The notes: generated by a model not told the origin, from the sequence alone. DNA of 64,000 bases from Patescibacteria group bacterium (GCA_040386275.1 JAZKFU010000005.1:7378-71377), one strand, 5' to 3'. Positions 40,063-50,723 are shown, counted from the stretch's first letter. Numbers and translations are program-made.

Positions 40063-41442
40063 TTAAACATTAGTAAATATATTAGGACCAGCAAAGGTAT
40101 ACTCTGCTAAAGATTTAAGAACACTTTTAGAAACCACAACATTTATTGGCATTTCAACAAGTTTTTTTGAATAATAAAAATAGAAGCCATTATGCACACC
40201 TTTTTCAAGTGCGCCTTCAACATCTTTTTTCCTTATTTCTAAAGTCTTCTCACGTAAGGTTTTTGTATCAAACCCATTTTCACTAAGGTACTCACTAATT
40301 TTATTTCTGGACACCAGATATAGCTGTGCGTGTGTAATGTCCGAATGCTTAATGTCCCACTCTTTTTTAGCTCTTAGCCAGACAATCATATAATACTCCG
40401 TTACCTTATCAGTGTCAGTAAACCAGCCCTCAATGACGTCACCTTTGTTTATAAAACTTAACTCAAAGGCAAATGTTGGCAAATCCTTATTTATATAATG
40501 CGTAAGTGTCTTTTCGTCTACTGTTACGTTCTTCAAATCTTTATATGTAAAATGAATATCAATTCCTTTCATTTGTGTTTCCCGGTCGAAATAACGTTTG
40601 ATTTTTGCACCAATCTTAGGATAAACATTGTTATCTAAATAGGTAACAACTTCATTATCGACTTCCATGTCTCGAGTTCGATTTCCATTCATATATCAAC
40701 TCACAAAATCCTTAAGCTTATCTGGACTTGTCCTCTCGAGATAGCGACGAATCACTTGAGTCATATATGAATTTTTAAGGCGAAAAGCTCTAATCTCAGC
40801 AGGACTTTCACTAAAAGGCTGTGTGGTTTTCGATTTTCTATCGCTGGGGTCTTTAAATGTTCCTCCGTGTTTAGGACATAGTGTGAGGTATTTATGATCT
40901 GACTGGTGGATATGATGTGCGTTGCCAGATTTAATCTTATCTAAAATTAGTAGATAGTCATCATTTAGTTCATTTAAGATAGTGTCGTCCATCCTCCATA
41001 TAAAGACGTATGGGATTATGTATTCGGAACGCGGTTTTGATTCGTCATGTACATACCAAACGAAAAGAATATTCTTGTTCTTTTTTACAAGCGATGACTG
41101 ACTAATCTGAGTATTTTTTGATTCCTCGTTGTAGTTGATTATATTTAGTGAAAGGGGCTCTTTAACTCTCAATTTTCCATCCTTACCCATTTTTAATGCA
41201 CTACTTTTTATCTCCACACCTAAATGCGGTATATCAGCTCCGGCTATATTATTTCTAGACAGACCAAATACTCCTTGTTCAACAAGGTCACCAACTCCAG
41301 CCTTGGAAGACACCCTACTAACATCGTCACTTTTCAGGATTTCTTCAGTTATCTCTTTGAGAGACTTACCTTCAATATAGAATTTAGCGATACGTTCAAG
41401 TTCTTCAATAGACTTAATATCTGCAATGTTGACTAAACCCAT
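40063..41442 (-). pseudogene. Sau3AI/MutH-family GATC restriction endonuclease, single 460-codon frame interrupted by one in-frame TGA (at + coords 40696-40698)
   Basis: N-part has MutH catalytic motif DIPHLGVEIKS and KAGVGDLVEQGVFG; the 248-aa and 209-aa ORFs are in the same frame separated by TGA-TAT; combined length matches two-domain Sau3AI. Confidence 0.7.
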
Positions 41443-41529
41443 ATATTTGATCTTTTATAAAATTGTTGTTGAATAGTAAGAAATCCTTGATCTTTAGCTG
41501 CTGCAATGATAAGATACTAGCATCATATT

Positions 41530-42801
41530 TTGTCAAACACCATGAGTTCAAAAAAAATTAGAGTAGTTGAATTATTTGCTGGCGTAGGTGGTTTTCGCCT
41601 AGGTTTAGAAGGACACGAGGGAAATAAAAAGCCTCACCACGATACATTTAAAACCGTCTGGTTTAATCAATGGGAACCCGCAACTAAAAGACAACATGCA
41701 CACGAAACGTATGTTCAACGATTTGGCTCTATTGATGAATACACCAATTACGATATCGCTAAAGTGGTAGATAAAGTACCAGAGCATGACTTATTGGTTG
41801 GCGGTTTTCCGTGCCAGGATTATTCGGTTGCTAAGAATCTCTCTGCGTCTGGTGGCATTGAAGGTAAGAAGGGTGTTCTATGGTGGTCAATCTACGATAT
41901 CCTTAAACTTAAAGGTGACAAAGCGCCAAATTACATAATGCTTGAAAACGTTGATAGATTGTTAGTTTCACCAGCTAAACAAAGAGGACGTGACTTTGCA
42001 ATCATCTTGTCATGCTTAAACTCACTCGGCTACGTGGTTGAGTGGCGTGTTATTAATGCTGCAGAGTATGGAATGCCACAACGTCGAAGACGTATATTCA
42101 TATTGGGATATAAAAAGGGTTCAAATATTGAGAAGAGATTCAAGAAGAGTACACCACTAGATTGGCTATCAAAGGACGGTGTAGCACAACAGGCATTTCC
42201 AGCTACGATTCTTAAAAGCGTAGATTCAATCGAGATAAATACAGACCCACTTGAAGTTTCAAAAAGCTTTAATATTGAAAGACCAGCTACGCCACCGTTC
42301 GGAAATGCAGGAGTAATGTGTGACGGCACTGCATTCACCACCAGAGTTGAGTCTGCATACACTGGTAAGTATTCCAAATTAGGGGATTTTACTCTGGCAG
42401 ATAAAGATGTGCCTGAAGAGTACTACATAACTGATGCAAAAGATTTAGAACGATGGAATTATCTGAAAGGTGCTAAAAATGAAGAAAGAAAGGCAGCTAG
42501 TGGATTTCAATTTATCTATAAAGAGGGTGCTGTTGGCTTTCCAGATGCCTTAGATAAGCCTTCTCGCACAATCATTACAAGTGAAGGTGGGTCTACACCA
42601 TCCAGATTTAAGCATGTGATTCAAACAAAGAAGGGATTACGTAGACTAACACCAATTGAACTGGAAAGATTATGTATGTTTCCTGATTATCACACCGTAG
42701 GACATAGTGACACTAAAAGAGCTTTCTTTATGGGCAATGCTTTAGTTGTGGGTGTAATTGATGGGTTCGGGAAAGCCATTTCTGAATTTCATTCTAAATA
42801 G
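41530..42801 (+). CDS. DNA (cytosine-5)-methyltransferase (Dcm family), cognate MTase of the Sau3AI-like system
   Basis: Motif I VELFAGVGGF, motif IV GGFPCQDYS, motif VI IMLENV; 423 aa. Confidence 0.9.
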   Translation: MSNTMSSKKIRVVELFAGVGGFRLGLEGHEGNKKPHHDTFKTVWFNQWEPATKRQHAHETYVQRFGSIDEYTNYDIAKVVDKVPEHDLLVGGFPCQDYSVAKNLSASGGIEGKKGVLWWSIYDILKLKGDKAPNYIMLENVDRLLVSPAKQRGRDFAIILSCLNSLGYVVEWRVINAAEYGMPQRRRRIFILGYKKGSNIEKRFKKSTPLDWLSKDGVAQQAFPATILKSVDSIEINTDPLEVSKSFNIERPATPPFGNAGVMCDGTAFTTRVESAYTGKYSKLGDFTLADKDVPEEYYITDAKDLERWNYLKGAKNEERKAASGFQFIYKEGAVGFPDALDKPSRTIITSEGGSTPSRFKHVIQTKKGLRRLTPIELERLCMFPDYHTVGHSDTKRAFFMGNALVVGVIDGFGKAISEFHSK

Positions 42802-43744
42802 CAAACTGTGGGACTGGTTTCATAAATAAAACCCCTTTGTGCGCTAGCGTAACTTCGCCCGGTTTGGGGTGTGTGCCGCCACCCACTAAGGCTGTGTGTG
42901 ACGCGGTGTGGTGCGGTGTCCGGAACGGAGGCATCGAATTCAGTAAGTTCTCGGCATTGCCTGCCAATGAATGAATTGATCCGACTGCCAAAGTTTCCTC
43001 TCGAGACAGAGGCGGCAAGATACCCTGAAAAGCTCGGGCTAACATGGTTTTACCCGTGCCCGGTGGACCGACCAGCATAACATTGTGTCGTCCAGCGGCA
43101 GCAATAATCAGGGCTCGCTTGGCCGACTCTTGCCCTTTAATATCTTCTAAGAGTATCGCGCTGTCGTACCAATGGTTTTGGATTACCGTGGTGGGAGTGT
43201 CTGTAATTTTTTTATGATCAGGATGCGTGTGGTCGATATGAAAAATAACTTCTTGTAAATTTTTGGCTGCACAAATACTCACGCCTTCAATCATAGCTGC
43301 CTCTGCTTGATTTTCAAAGGGTACGATGACCTCGGTAAATCCATGCTGCTTGGCAGTTTGTACCATGGATAATACTCCTCGTACGGCACGGAGTTCCCCA
43401 CTTAACCCCAGCTCTCCAATAAAGATTCGTTTAGTAGCATTACTACTTATGAGTCCAGCGGTCAATAAATACGCAATGGCAATCGGTAAATCAAAGAGTG
43501 GTCCCTCTTTTTTTAAATCGGCGGGAGCTAGAGAAATTACAATTTTCTGGTTCTTACTTTTAGGAGAATCATACCCACTATGTTTGATAGCGGTACTGAC
43601 TCGGTCTTTAGCTTCTTCAATGGCCTTGCCTGCTAATCCCACAATTGAAAATGAATGCAGTCCTAAACTTAAGTCGGCTTCAATACTAACGACAGTTCCC
43701 CCAAGTACGTGTCCTTGCACTGTATATACTTGGGTGATACTCAT
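42794..43744 (-). pseudogene. comM: comM/yifB 5' fragment (N-terminal 308 aa + 8 island-encoded residues)
   Basis: Walker A LVGPPGTGKTMLA, ends ...HKGVLFM-KPVPQFAI* where KPVPQFAI is read from island DNA. Confidence 0.85.
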
Positions 43745-43750
43745 AACCAG

Positions 43751-44128
43751 TTATGGTAACGGCAAATCAAACTCAGTCTCCATATGCTGGGTGCACGTAC
43801 GTGCGGCAGGGTTTGCTTCGAGTCTGCCTAATTCAATCGCCTCGCCGGCAATTTCACATATGCCGTAGGTACCATTCTTACATTTTTCTAGTGCATGTTG
43901 TATGAGGTGATAGCGATTTTCTAGTTCAGCTACAATAGCTATTCGTTCATCAGCTTCTTCTGAATTATCAGCCTGACTATTTACATCTGCTTCGGTTACA
44001 TCAAAGTCATAAGTTTTAATGATCCAATCTTGAGACTCTTCATCAAGGATAGCGAGGTCTTGTAGTTGTGCAGTAACGTCTTGTAATTGCATCGTTAGTA
44101 TCTCTTGGTATTTTTGTAAATGATCCAT
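43751..44128 (-). CDS. DksA/TraR-family C4 zinc-finger protein
   Basis: C-terminal CEIAGEAIELGRLEANPAARTC pattern; 125 aa. Confidence 0.55.
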   Translation of the reverse strand: MDHLQKYQEILTMQLQDVTAQLQDLAILDEESQDWIIKTYDFDVTEADVNSQADNSEEADERIAIVAELENRYHLIQHALEKCKNGTYGICEIAGEAIELGRLEANPAARTCTQHMETEFDLPLP

Positions 44129-44162
44129 ATACCACTATGGTAGCACACTGTAATGTTATGTA

Positions 44163-45998
44163 TTAGGGGGTGGGAAAATTAGCAACCAAGAACATAAAAG
44201 AATCGGTGTCGCTCGTGATAATAATGGTGGTTTCAGAAATAAAGCCATACACCAATACTTCGTCACCCTCATTATTCTTGAGAATGCGTACATCGCGGGT
44301 GCCGCTAATGCCGTCAGTAAATGTATTGGCGGTACCTATAGTGTTGGGGTTAAAAATAGGACTTAGGTTTGAGGCCATGGTAGTTTCCCATTGGAGCATT
44401 CCACCCAGGGCGGTAATAGCGTCGAGAACTGATAAGGTTACCCACGGCTCACTTTGATATCCACCAAACCGGACTTCGGTCACTGTTTCTTTAAAATCAA
44501 ATACTACCGGAGCGTTAGTGAAACTGAAAAAATCATCAGGACTGACTACGGCATTAGTGGCACTATTAATAAAAGTAATTTCAAACAAATCATTGGTGGT
44601 GACGAGTTGGTTTCTTAGTTCGGTAAATAACGCATCACTTGAAGCGATAACTGTCGGACTCGGAGCAATACTACTTGAGTCAAACGTGGTGGTTACCTCA
44701 GTTAATTCCACGGGCGCAATTTCTGCGGTGTTTGAGTTTTGTAAATAACTGCGCAAACTTAATCCCGTCACTACCACAAAAAGTAATACTCCAAAGGAAA
44801 TAAATACCAATTGATTGGTTTGGGTCATCACATCAATAAACGAACGACGAGGGGTTCGCGGTGGAGCAAACTGCCGTTCAGGTGTTCCCTTTTCAGCTCG
44901 AGGCGTAGCCGGGTCTGTATACTCTGAATCAAAAACCGACGGTGGATTAGAGGGGGTTACGTTATTGGTAATGATAGTTGATGGAGTGGGAGCAGGTACA
45001 AAATTTGGTGTGCTTGCGGGCACGACGGGAGTAATTTTTGGTCGAGACGGAGTAATTGGTGTGATAGCTGGTTGTTCGTGTACCGTAGTAATCGGTAGTG
45101 CCGATTGGGTCTTTGTTGCAGGCGTTGTTTTTACCGGTTCTGGTTCAGTGACGGTAATGGCTTTTGCAGCCACTGCCGGTACTGCTTCAATTTTTTTAAC
45201 AGTTTCTGCTGCGGTAGTGACGGGTTTATGTGCAACTGCTGAAATTATTGGAATTGAAGCATTATGAATATGAGAGGGTGATTCGGTAGCGTTGGTATGA
45301 ATAGTTGAAACGGCCGGTTCGGGTGTCGTTTGAATTTTTTGAGTGACAAGTCCCACCGCTGGTTTTTTGGGTACTGAAGTTGCTTCGTGACCTGATTCCC
45401 AGGTCGGAGTCGTTGCATGAGTAGCCGTTGTAGAAACGAGTGGGCTTGGAGTGTTATGTGGGACTTGTTTAGCAGCTTTAATTCTTGATACCACTGCCGC
45501 ATGATCGGCAGTTGATTCACGACCGGTTTTTGTCGTCGCTTTTTGAATAACTCCTTTACGTCGTTCTGCTGAAGCGACAGTATATTTAGGTAATTTCCGT
45601 TTGCGCGCTTCTTCTTTTTTGGTGTGCCACCACTGCGACATCGACTCCCCGAGAGCCTCGGTTAAAGAAAATCGCTTTCGTTTTGTGTCGGTAATAATTA
45701 CAGCCGGTAAGGATTCAGTGGTAGTTTTAGATTTAGTACTATTGGCACTAATAATCTGCTGTGCTTTAACGGTTGATTCACTAACGGGTGCAGCGATAAC
45801 CGGAGCAGCGTCTTTGTGGGCATGGGTAAAGGTATGAAACGGAGGGATAACTCCTGATGAAGCGGCTGCTACTGGCGGGGCAGTTTTAACGGGGGTTTTT
45901 TGTGCGGTATGGTCACTACCGTCAACGCGGTTCGCTGATAAATCAGTCGCAAACGTGCGCATTTTAGGGAGAGTCTTCGCCGTGTCGTTTGTAGTCAT
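44163..45998 (-). CDS. Pro/Thr-rich low-complexity protein with single central TM (611 aa)
   Basis: Long PT-rich tracts, TM FISFGVLLFVVVTGLSL. Confidence 0.5.
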   Translation of the reverse strand: MTTNDTAKTLPKMRTFATDLSANRVDGSDHTAQKTPVKTAPPVAAASSGVIPPFHTFTHAHKDAAPVIAAPVSESTVKAQQIISANSTKSKTTTESLPAVIITDTKRKRFSLTEALGESMSQWWHTKKEEARKRKLPKYTVASAERRKGVIQKATTKTGRESTADHAAVVSRIKAAKQVPHNTPSPLVSTTATHATTPTWESGHEATSVPKKPAVGLVTQKIQTTPEPAVSTIHTNATESPSHIHNASIPIISAVAHKPVTTAAETVKKIEAVPAVAAKAITVTEPEPVKTTPATKTQSALPITTVHEQPAITPITPSRPKITPVVPASTPNFVPAPTPSTIITNNVTPSNPPSVFDSEYTDPATPRAEKGTPERQFAPPRTPRRSFIDVMTQTNQLVFISFGVLLFVVVTGLSLRSYLQNSNTAEIAPVELTEVTTTFDSSSIAPSPTVIASSDALFTELRNQLVTTNDLFEITFINSATNAVVSPDDFFSFTNAPVVFDFKETVTEVRFGGYQSEPWVTLSVLDAITALGGMLQWETTMASNLSPIFNPNTIGTANTFTDGISGTRDVRILKNNEGDEVLVYGFISETTIIITSDTDSFMFLVANFPTP

Positions 45999-46116
45999 AT
46001 ACTACTCTATAGTATCTCATGTTTTAGTAATTATTTTCAGTCTACCTCTGTGAGTCTGGATAGAACAATACACCGTGCCAAAGCGGCACGGTGTATTGTT
46101 CAGTTGAAACGAATAA

Positions 46117-48237
46117 CTACAGTGAGGACGAAGCGTTGGTTGCGAGAAAGTGAGGGTTAATTTTCTTAATGGATAGTCCAATTTTTCCTTCATCAATTTT
46201 CACAACAGCCACCATCACTTTATCCCCTGGTTTGAGAATACCCTCGAGCGATTCGAGTCGCTCAGGTATAACTTCAGAAATATGAATTAGTCCTTCATGG
46301 TAGGTATCGAGTCGAGCAAAGGCGCCAAAAGCAGTAATTTTTGTGATTTCTACTTCAACAATATCCCCCACCGCGTACACTTTTGTCATGGCGGTGATTA
46401 TGGCGGCGGCTGTTTGGGTGGCTATGTTCGTGCCTGTTATATAGACGATCCCCGAGTCTTCAATGGTAATTTCGTCTACTCCTGATTCGTCTTTTATTTT
46501 ATTAATGGTCTTGCCCCCGCCCCCAATAACCAACCCAATTTGTTCCGGGAGAATATGCACCATTGTGATATGCGGAGCCCGTGGTGAAATCTGGCTTTGG
46601 GGCATAGGAATAGTAGCGACTAATGTCTCTAGAATTTGTAACCGAGCCAACCGGGCTTTTTCTAACGCACCGTGTAAAATTTCAATCGATACCCCTTTTA
46701 CCTTTACATCCATTTGAATAGCGGTAATGCCTTCACTTGTTCCGGCTACTTTAAAATCCATATCCCCGTGTTCATCTTCTGGTCCTTGAATATCAGTCAG
46801 TAACACGTATGAACTCTCTCCCATCATGACGCCCGAAGCAATCCCCGCTACGTGGCACTTCATCGGTACTCCCCCATCAAATAACGCAAGAGAGCTGGCG
46901 CATACCGAAGCCATCGAACTGGAGCCGTTGCTCGACATTGTTTCAGATACTAAACGAATCGTATACGGAAAATCCGCTTGGGCGGGTAGTAACGGCACGA
47001 GGGCTTTTTCGGCGAGCGCCCCGTGTCCAATCATGCGCCGGTTAAATCCACCCACTCTTCCCGTCTCCCCGACACTGTAGGGTGGGAAGTTATAGTGATG
47101 CATAAAACGTTTACTAAAATTTTTGTCTTCTACGCTATCAATAATTTGGGCACTATCAGGACCACCCAAGGTAAGGGCGGAAAACACGTGGGTCTCACCA
47201 CGGTAAAAAATACCACTGCCGTGTAGTACTGGCGAAATTCCACCCGCTTGAGCATGGAGGGGTCTCACTTCATCCAACGCTCGTCCGTCGGCTCGCAAAC
47301 CCGAGGCTGCTCCACTATGGAGCACGTCGTTTATTTTTTCGTCAAAGTAATCTTTACTATGAACGGGAGATAATGTGGCGTCGAGTGCAGCGACAGCAGT
47401 TATAAATTCTTTCCCTAAGGCTACTATATGGTTTTTGCCTGATTGTTTAGAAAATACCGTCTCCCATAAACGATGAGAAAATTGACTAGCGTACAGTTCT
47501 TCCACCGCGGGCGCAATAGCTGTAGCGGTAATCCTTCGCTTTGGTTTACCAATCTGGGAAATAATATTTTTTTGGAAAACTTCAAGGACGGCATGAAAAT
47601 TAATCGCTCCCTCAAGTACTGCGAGTACGTCCCCTTCTTGTACTTCGTCGCCGCTTACTTCAATCATATTTATCGTGCCCTCTAACCCACACGCCACTAC
47701 TTCAAACTCCATTGCTCCTACCGGTCGCTCAATGTAGGTTGGATTAATGTAGAGCGCACCGGTAACTTTGTTGCGACTAATCCGAACGGCTCCGACGGGT
47801 CCTCCCCACGGAATATCAGAAATACCAAGTGCTAGTGAGGCGCCAATAATTCCGAGAATATCGGGATCGTCTTCACCTAACGCAAGCACGGTGATAACCA
47901 CTTGAACATCATGCCGAAGGTGAGATGGAAAGAGTGGACGAATGGTACGATCAATTAAGCGAGCAGACAACACCGCTTCGTCACTCGGCTTGCCTTCACG
48001 GCGACTAAAGCGACTTCCCATAATTGCACCGGCTGCATAAAATTTTTCTTCAAACTCAACTGACAACGGAAAGTATGGAAGTGCCGGTTGTGTGTGGTCA
48101 CTCATGACTGCAGTAGCCAAGACTACCGTCTCTCCCAATTTCACCATCACTGAACCCCCAGCCTGACTGGTGAGGTCGGTATGTTCTACGATTAATGTTT
48201 TTCCGGCGAGTGGTAATTCAAAAATTTGTTTTTTCAT
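46117..48237 (-). CDS. pnp: Polyribonucleotide nucleotidyltransferase (PNPase)
   Basis: Two RNase PH domains, KH and S1 C-terminal domains, 706 aa; rpsO upstream. Confidence 0.95.
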   Translation of the reverse strand: MKKQIFELPLAGKTLIVEHTDLTSQAGGSVMVKLGETVVLATAVMSDHTQPALPYFPLSVEFEEKFYAAGAIMGSRFSRREGKPSDEAVLSARLIDRTIRPLFPSHLRHDVQVVITVLALGEDDPDILGIIGASLALGISDIPWGGPVGAVRISRNKVTGALYINPTYIERPVGAMEFEVVACGLEGTINMIEVSGDEVQEGDVLAVLEGAINFHAVLEVFQKNIISQIGKPKRRITATAIAPAVEELYASQFSHRLWETVFSKQSGKNHIVALGKEFITAVAALDATLSPVHSKDYFDEKINDVLHSGAASGLRADGRALDEVRPLHAQAGGISPVLHGSGIFYRGETHVFSALTLGGPDSAQIIDSVEDKNFSKRFMHHYNFPPYSVGETGRVGGFNRRMIGHGALAEKALVPLLPAQADFPYTIRLVSETMSSNGSSSMASVCASSLALFDGGVPMKCHVAGIASGVMMGESSYVLLTDIQGPEDEHGDMDFKVAGTSEGITAIQMDVKVKGVSIEILHGALEKARLARLQILETLVATIPMPQSQISPRAPHITMVHILPEQIGLVIGGGGKTINKIKDESGVDEITIEDSGIVYITGTNIATQTAAAIITAMTKVYAVGDIVEVEITKITAFGAFARLDTYHEGLIHISEVIPERLESLEGILKPGDKVMVAVVKIDEGKIGLSIKKINPHFLATNASSSL

Positions 48238-48387
48238 TATGTAATGCTTAAAGGCGAGTCAGACACGTTTCAGATTTCAAAAGAGAAACCTACCTACGTA
48301 TCAAACTCGTAACGAATAATGGGGTGAGTATATCAAAAAAACGTGCCCGCTGTGTAAAGACTGCGGGCACGTTTTATCGTAAAAAAG

Positions 48388-48990
48388 TTAGGCGAGAAAA
48401 TCGGTATCCGTGCCCACCACTTTATTAATTTGTAATTTTAATGATGAAGATTTTTCTCGTTTATGACCTTTTGATTTTCCACCTTTATACCCGATTAAAT
48501 ACTCACTCGGGTTTTCGTCGAGGTCAATAAAGTCGTCAACAACTTCTCGTAATTTTCCCGAGGCGGAGCGACCAAACGTCACGGCTTCAACTTGGCACCC
48601 CTGACTTTTTACATATTCAACCAACGGAATAAAATCTCCATCTCCCGTCACTAAAATAATGGCATCAACTTTGTGGGCCATCTTAATAGCATCAACGGCC
48701 ATCCCAACATCCCAGTCAGCTTTTTTGGCTCCACCGTAAAAAATTTGTAAATCTTTCGTTTTAATTTCGATACCTACTTTTTCAAGCGCATCAAAGAATG
48801 CTGACTCCTCTCCCCCTTCCGTATTTACAACATATGACAGTGCGCGCACTAAGCGACGGTTACCTAACGCTGCGTGCACTACTGCTCCAAAATTTACTTT
48901 AGACTTGTATAAATTTTTAGCACTGTGATAGAGGTTTTGCGTATCAATAAAAATTGCTACCCGTTGATCGTCATGTCGTATTACTCCCAT
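48388..48990 (-). CDS. NYN (LabA-like PIN-fold) domain protein
   Basis: VAIFIDTQNLYHSAK ... ILVTGDGDFIPLV motifs. Confidence 0.75.
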   Translation of the reverse strand: MGVIRHDDQRVAIFIDTQNLYHSAKNLYKSKVNFGAVVHAALGNRRLVRALSYVVNTEGGEESAFFDALEKVGIEIKTKDLQIFYGGAKKADWDVGMAVDAIKMAHKVDAIILVTGDGDFIPLVEYVKSQGCQVEAVTFGRSASGKLREVVDDFIDLDENPSEYLIGYKGGKSKGHKREKSSSLKLQINKVVGTDTDFLA

Positions 48991-49125
48991 ATAAAATTAT
49001 ATTAGCTACTGATTCTATTTCTTAAATTAAAAAACAGATTTATATTAAAAACTTCACTCCCTCCTATAATTACTATACTCCTAAAACTACATTTGCTCCA
49101 CTACAAGAGTAGTGGAGCAAATGGA

Positions 49126-49392
49126 TTAACGCTTGAGGTTAAGCTTCTTGATCAATGCTTCGTAGGCTGCCTCATTTTTCCGTTTAAGGTATTTAAGGTG
49201 AGACCGACGATCTGCTACTAATTGAAGCAATCCGCGTCGTGAGTGAAAATCTTTTTTGTGTTTACGCAAGTGCGTAGAGAGATCTTCAATCTGTCGAGAG
49301 ATAAGGGCTACTTGCGCCTCAGGAGATCCGGTGTCAGTGTCATGACGGTGTACGGATTTGAGGACATTTTCTTTTACTCGCTTTGTTAACAT
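49126..49392 (-). CDS. rpsO: 30S ribosomal protein S15
   Basis: 88 aa, HRHDTDTGSPEAQVALISRQIEDLSTHLRKHKKDFHSRRGLL. Confidence 0.95.
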   Translation of the reverse strand: MLTKRVKENVLKSVHRHDTDTGSPEAQVALISRQIEDLSTHLRKHKKDFHSRRGLLQLVADRRSHLKYLKRKNEAAYEALIKKLNLKR

Positions 49393-49866
49393 AATGATGA
49401 ATATTAGTTACAGTCGAGTATAGATACTTCTCTAATTTTTATTGAGAATACCAGACTGCACTTTTAGTAATAACCTGCGAAGGTGAAAAATATTATAGCA
49501 TATCCTTTAAAAAATGCAAGATACACACAAGAGTGACACTGTATTGTCAATGCTGGGTCTTCCCCAACGCTCGTGGAACGCTTGTGTTTAAGGCGTAATT
49601 GAGAGCGTGGAATATATTTTTAAATTATAGCTGTGATGTAGTAATTATTAGTGTCGTGGAATCACGTTGGGAATGAATGCAAAAGTTACTAATCCCCGAT
49701 GACACGAATAGTTACTTACTAGTAACTCCGTGGGTAGCGCTGTGGTGACAGGCGTAACCTTGACGTTGATATTTTTTAGCGCGGTAAAAATACCACATAA
49801 GAAAAACCAAATTTAATCACCCACGACTACTTCCCGGTGGGGTGGGGCAGCAGGGGTCACTACTAA

Positions 49867-50577
49867 TTAATACACGTTGTACGAATCTTCTTCTTTGATA
49901 AGCGCGTAGTCAATGTGCTCTCCCAGTACAGACTGTGCGTAAGGTGTTTGGTCACATACAAATTTTGTGATTTCAGCCGTACTCGCCTTTTCCCATTGTT
50001 GCCAAATTTTATGTACATGGGCAAGTTCTTTTTTAGACAAAAGCCCAAGTGATTTTTTTACCGAGGCACGTGTCTCTTCAATTTCGTACATGTGATAGTC
50101 ATCGCGGTAAATTTGTTTAATGTTTATGACTCCCCCTTGCTCCATTTCTTCAAGTAATCTGAAATAAGAATCAGCCACCGGACCAAAGGCAATTTTTCGA
50201 TACGACAAATCACTTAAGCTAGTATTAGTGTGGTAGTACCAAGCAAAGTCAGTGAGGTACAGTAAATTAGCGAGCTTAGTTTTTTTAAGTGCAATCTTGC
50301 TCGCCTTTGCTTCACGTAAAAACGCGAGAATCAGTTCCCGATATTTCTCAAGATTAGGTGCTGCGGTTTGTACTAGATCATCAATCGTAATGCCAAATAA
50401 TTTTGTGAGTGTGAGGGCTTCACTGAGGGATAATTCTTTTGTCCCTTTTTCGAGGGCAACATATGAGGCGCGTGACATGTGGGTAGCTTGAGCCACTTCA
50501 GCCTGCGAAAGGTTGCGCTCTTCCCGAAGGTATTTTATAAAATCTGCGTAAGTAGTTTTCATGGATTGAGTATACAA
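49867..50577 (-). CDS. XRE-type HTH protein with C-terminal DUF4065/Panacea-like domain (candidate antitoxin)
   Basis: N-terminal HTH LSQAEVAQATHMSRASYVALEKG; C-terminal KLANLLYLTDFAWYYHTN...FGPV matches KLxKLLYxxDF...GPV Panacea signature. Confidence 0.55.
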   Translation of the reverse strand: MYTQSMKTTYADFIKYLREERNLSQAEVAQATHMSRASYVALEKGTKELSLSEALTLTKLFGITIDDLVQTAAPNLEKYRELILAFLREAKASKIALKKTKLANLLYLTDFAWYYHTNTSLSDLSYRKIAFGPVADSYFRLLEEMEQGGVINIKQIYRDDYHMYEIEETRASVKKSLGLLSKKELAHVHKIWQQWEKASTAEITKFVCDQTPYAQSVLGEHIDYALIKEEDSYNVY

Positions 50578-50686
50578 GAGCTGTATATTTTTTCAACGTT
50601 AAATGTTGATAAAATTGACACCTTACTTACAGTACAATTTCATCAAAAATTGAACAATACATCTTCTTACTTTCGATATAAAAATA

Positions 50687-50716
50687 ATTATGGGGTGCGC
50701 GAAATAATTTCGCGCA
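50687..50716. terminator. Perfect hairpin GGGGTGCGCGAAAT-AA-TTTCGCGCACCCC with T-rich flanks (bidirectional terminator)
   Basis: 14-bp perfect stem. Confidence 0.75.
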
Positions 50717-50723
50717 CCCCATT

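Larger units (their letters stand above)
30463..42820. mobile_element. Integrated genomic island in comM (serine-recombinase type) carrying R-M, GHKL-ATPase operon, RepA-like ATPase
   Basis: comM split precisely at ...HKGVLF|MDEFPEF...; CATAA at both junctions; terminal imperfect inverted repeats ATGAGTGTCCCACAATT / AAACTGTGGGACTGGTT; large serine recombinase inside. Confidence 0.8.

Noticed and set aside
40693-40698. UGA recoding (code 25 / SR1-Gracilibacteria style) as the explanation for the in-frame TGA in the REase
   Set aside because: Many long ORFs (809, 759, 733, 706 aa) are uninterrupted under standard stops. Global UGA=Gly would fragment them in this ORF track, so this is a local nonsense codon.
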